Source: Camelus ferus (taxonomy: Eukaryota). From it: a stretch of 64,000 nt of DNA. The stretch lies in assembly GCF_009834535.1 (NCBI RefSeq), contig NC_045696.1, positions 11,844,001 to 11,908,000 on the forward strand, in the 5' to 3' direction. The notes beneath the pieces are model-generated. The model had not been told where the DNA came from, did no database searches, and saw only the letters and a program-made list of their open reading frames with translations. Shown here piece after piece: positions 61,950-64,000 of the stretch (position 1 is its first letter; each line of letters opens with the position of its first letter). The position numbers and the translations under genes were made by a program.

Positions 61950-63322
61950 TTTAATAGACTATTTTTTTACAGCAGTTTTAGGTTTACCATGATATTGAGC
62001 AGAAGGTGTAGAGATTTCCCATCTACCCCTTGCCTCCACACGTGCATACCCTCCCCCTTCATCAACATTCACAACCAGAGTGGTAATATTTGTTGGAGTT
62101 GGTGACCCTGCACTGACACATCATTATCCTCTAAAGCCCATAGTTTACATTGGGGTTCACTCTTGGTCTTGTACATTTTATGGGTTTTGACAAATTTATA
62201 ATGACATGTATTTACCATTGTAATTATCATACAGTATAGTTTCGCTGCCCTAAAAATCCTCTGTGCTCCACCTGATTATCCAGCTCCCTCCCGCAAACTC
62301 CTGGCCACCAACGATTCTTTTACTTTCTCCATAATGTCTCTTTTTCCAGAATGTCATCTAGTTGGAACCGTATGGAATGTAGCCTTCTCAGATTGGCTTC
62401 TTTGATTTAGTGATGTGCATTTGAGGTTCCTCTATGTCATTTTGTGGCTTGATAGCTCATTTCTTTATAGCATTGAGTAATATTCCATTGTCTAAGGTAC
62501 CACAGTTTATTTATCGATTCACCTACTTGGATAGGATATCTTGGTTGCTTCTTAGCTTTGGCAGTTATGTATGAAACTGTTATTGATATCTGAGTACAGG
62601 CTTTTGTGCGAATGTTAAGTTTTCAACTCCTTTGGGTAAATACAAAGGAGTGTGGTTGCTGGGTTGTATGGTAAGAATACATTTAGTTTTGTAAGAAACC
62701 ACCAAAATGGTGCATTCCCTGTAGCAACACATGAGCATTCCTGTTGCTCCACATCTTCGTCAGCATTTGGTGTTGTCAGTGTTCTGGATTTTGGCCATTC
62801 AGATAGGTAGTGGTATCTCATTGTTTTAGTTTGCCTTTCTCTGCTTATTTACCATCTGCGTGTCTTCTTTGGTGAGGTGTCTATGAAGGTCTTTGATGAA
62901 TTTTTTAACTGGGTTGTTTGTGTTCTTGTCATTGAGTTTTAAGAGTTCTTTGTGTATTTTAGATAACAGTCCTTTATCAGGTGTCTTCTAGCTTGTGACT
63001 TGTCTTCTCATTCCCTTCAGATTGTCTTTGCAGAGCAGAAGTTGTAAATTTTAATGAAGTCCAGCTTATCAATTATATCTTTCATGGATCATGCTTCTGA
63101 TGTTATATCTAAAAAGTCCTTGCCACATCCCAGGTCATCTAGGTTTTCTTCTACGTTATCTTTTATAGTTTTGTTTGTTAGTTTTCTGTTTTTACATTTT
63201 ACATGCAGGTCTATGATCCATGTTGAGTCTATTTTTATAAAGGGCCTAAAGTCTGTGTCTAGATTCTTCTTTTTACATGTGGATGTCCAGTTGTTCCAGC
63301 ACCATTTGTTGAAAAGACTATA
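61950..63322 (-). mobile_element. L1MC1-like LINE (3' UTR plus ORF2 C-terminus)
   Basis: 'cagcagttttaggtttac...cactgacacatcattatc...atagtttacattggggttcactcttgg'; ORF2 remnant MRYHYLSEWPK...LPYNPATTLLCIYPKELKT. Confidence 0.88.
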
Positions 63323-63684
63323 GTTCTAATTTTAAACAATTTTAATTCTTAAAAAGATACAGAAAACATATAGAAAATTTAAAAATTAGAAAATACTGGA
63401 AGAAACAAATACTAACTCCTAGATCAAACTGTTGTAATTTGATGTCGTCTTTTCCCCCTCTTTGTCTTGTGTTTATTTTATATAGAATGAATAAAAGATA
63501 AATTTAAATTCTAGCTTGACATTTCCCCCCATTTCATGGGAAAAATGGTTGTGTTACAAATGTCCTTAAGTACTTTGTAAACATCTGTTTTAACAAGTGT
63601 TTAACATTCCATGGAGTGGTGTACTGGGATTTACTTGAATCTTATTTACATGTATTGATTATGTCTCAGTTAGGGTTTGGTGAG

Positions 63685-64000
63685 TGTATTAGTCAGGGTT
63701 CTCCTGAGAAACAGAACAAACCAATAGAATATCTTTATCCATCTATCCATCTATCTACCTATCTACCCATCCATATGGGGGGAAGAGAGAGAGGAGGAAA
63801 GAGAAAGAAAGAAGAAAGAAAGAAAGAGTGGGAGAGAAACATTCAGGTTTATTATGGGAATTGGTTCCTGCAGTTGTGATTGCTGAGAAGTCCCATGATC
63901 TGCCCGCTACCTGCACACCAGAGACCAGGAAAGCCAGTCGTGTGGCTCAGTCTGAATCCGAAAGCCTGAGAACCAGGACTGCCAATGTCCTGGGGCAGAA
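63685..64000 (-). mobile_element. ERVL LTR (MLT2-like), runs off the window
   Basis: tgtattagtcagggttctcctgagaaacagaac...gctgagaagtcccatgatctgcc...aaagcctgagaaccagg. Confidence 0.85.

Noticed and set aside
2870..64000. Assigning a gene symbol to the host gene
   Set aside because: No coding exon matched a protein I recognise; a BLASTN of the promoter or candidate exons is needed.

Overview
Mammalian genomic DNA, most likely camelid: five tRNA-Ala-derived SINEs resemble vic-1, and the young L1 3' ends and internally deleted Tigger copies fit an artiodactyl. The window holds a GC/CpG-rich promoter at about 2.9-3.6 kb, followed by about 60 kb that looks like the 5' introns of a large + strand gene. 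MaLR LTRs, SINEs and most L1s downstream of the promoter are antisense. I could not identify the gene, and no ORF in the supplied track is a credible protein. Much of the window is interspersed repeat (L1, L2, MIR, MLT1/MLT2, MER31-like LTRs, MER20/MER5A/MER58/MER63, Tigger); family names come from recalled consensus similarity and need RepeatMasker/Dfam confirmation. The rest contains secondary CpG patches, CTCF, RFX, MARE and HOX motifs and several candidate exons, including a 15-nt microexon-like unit and three ATG-bearing segments that all end in phase 1. I found no convincing new biological system. The best observations are candidate alternative 5' exons, an SP/KLF tandem array in the promoter, an inverted LTR pair, and well-preserved retrotransposition footprints (nested LTR, re-targeted sites, tail-only insertions associated with microsatellites).
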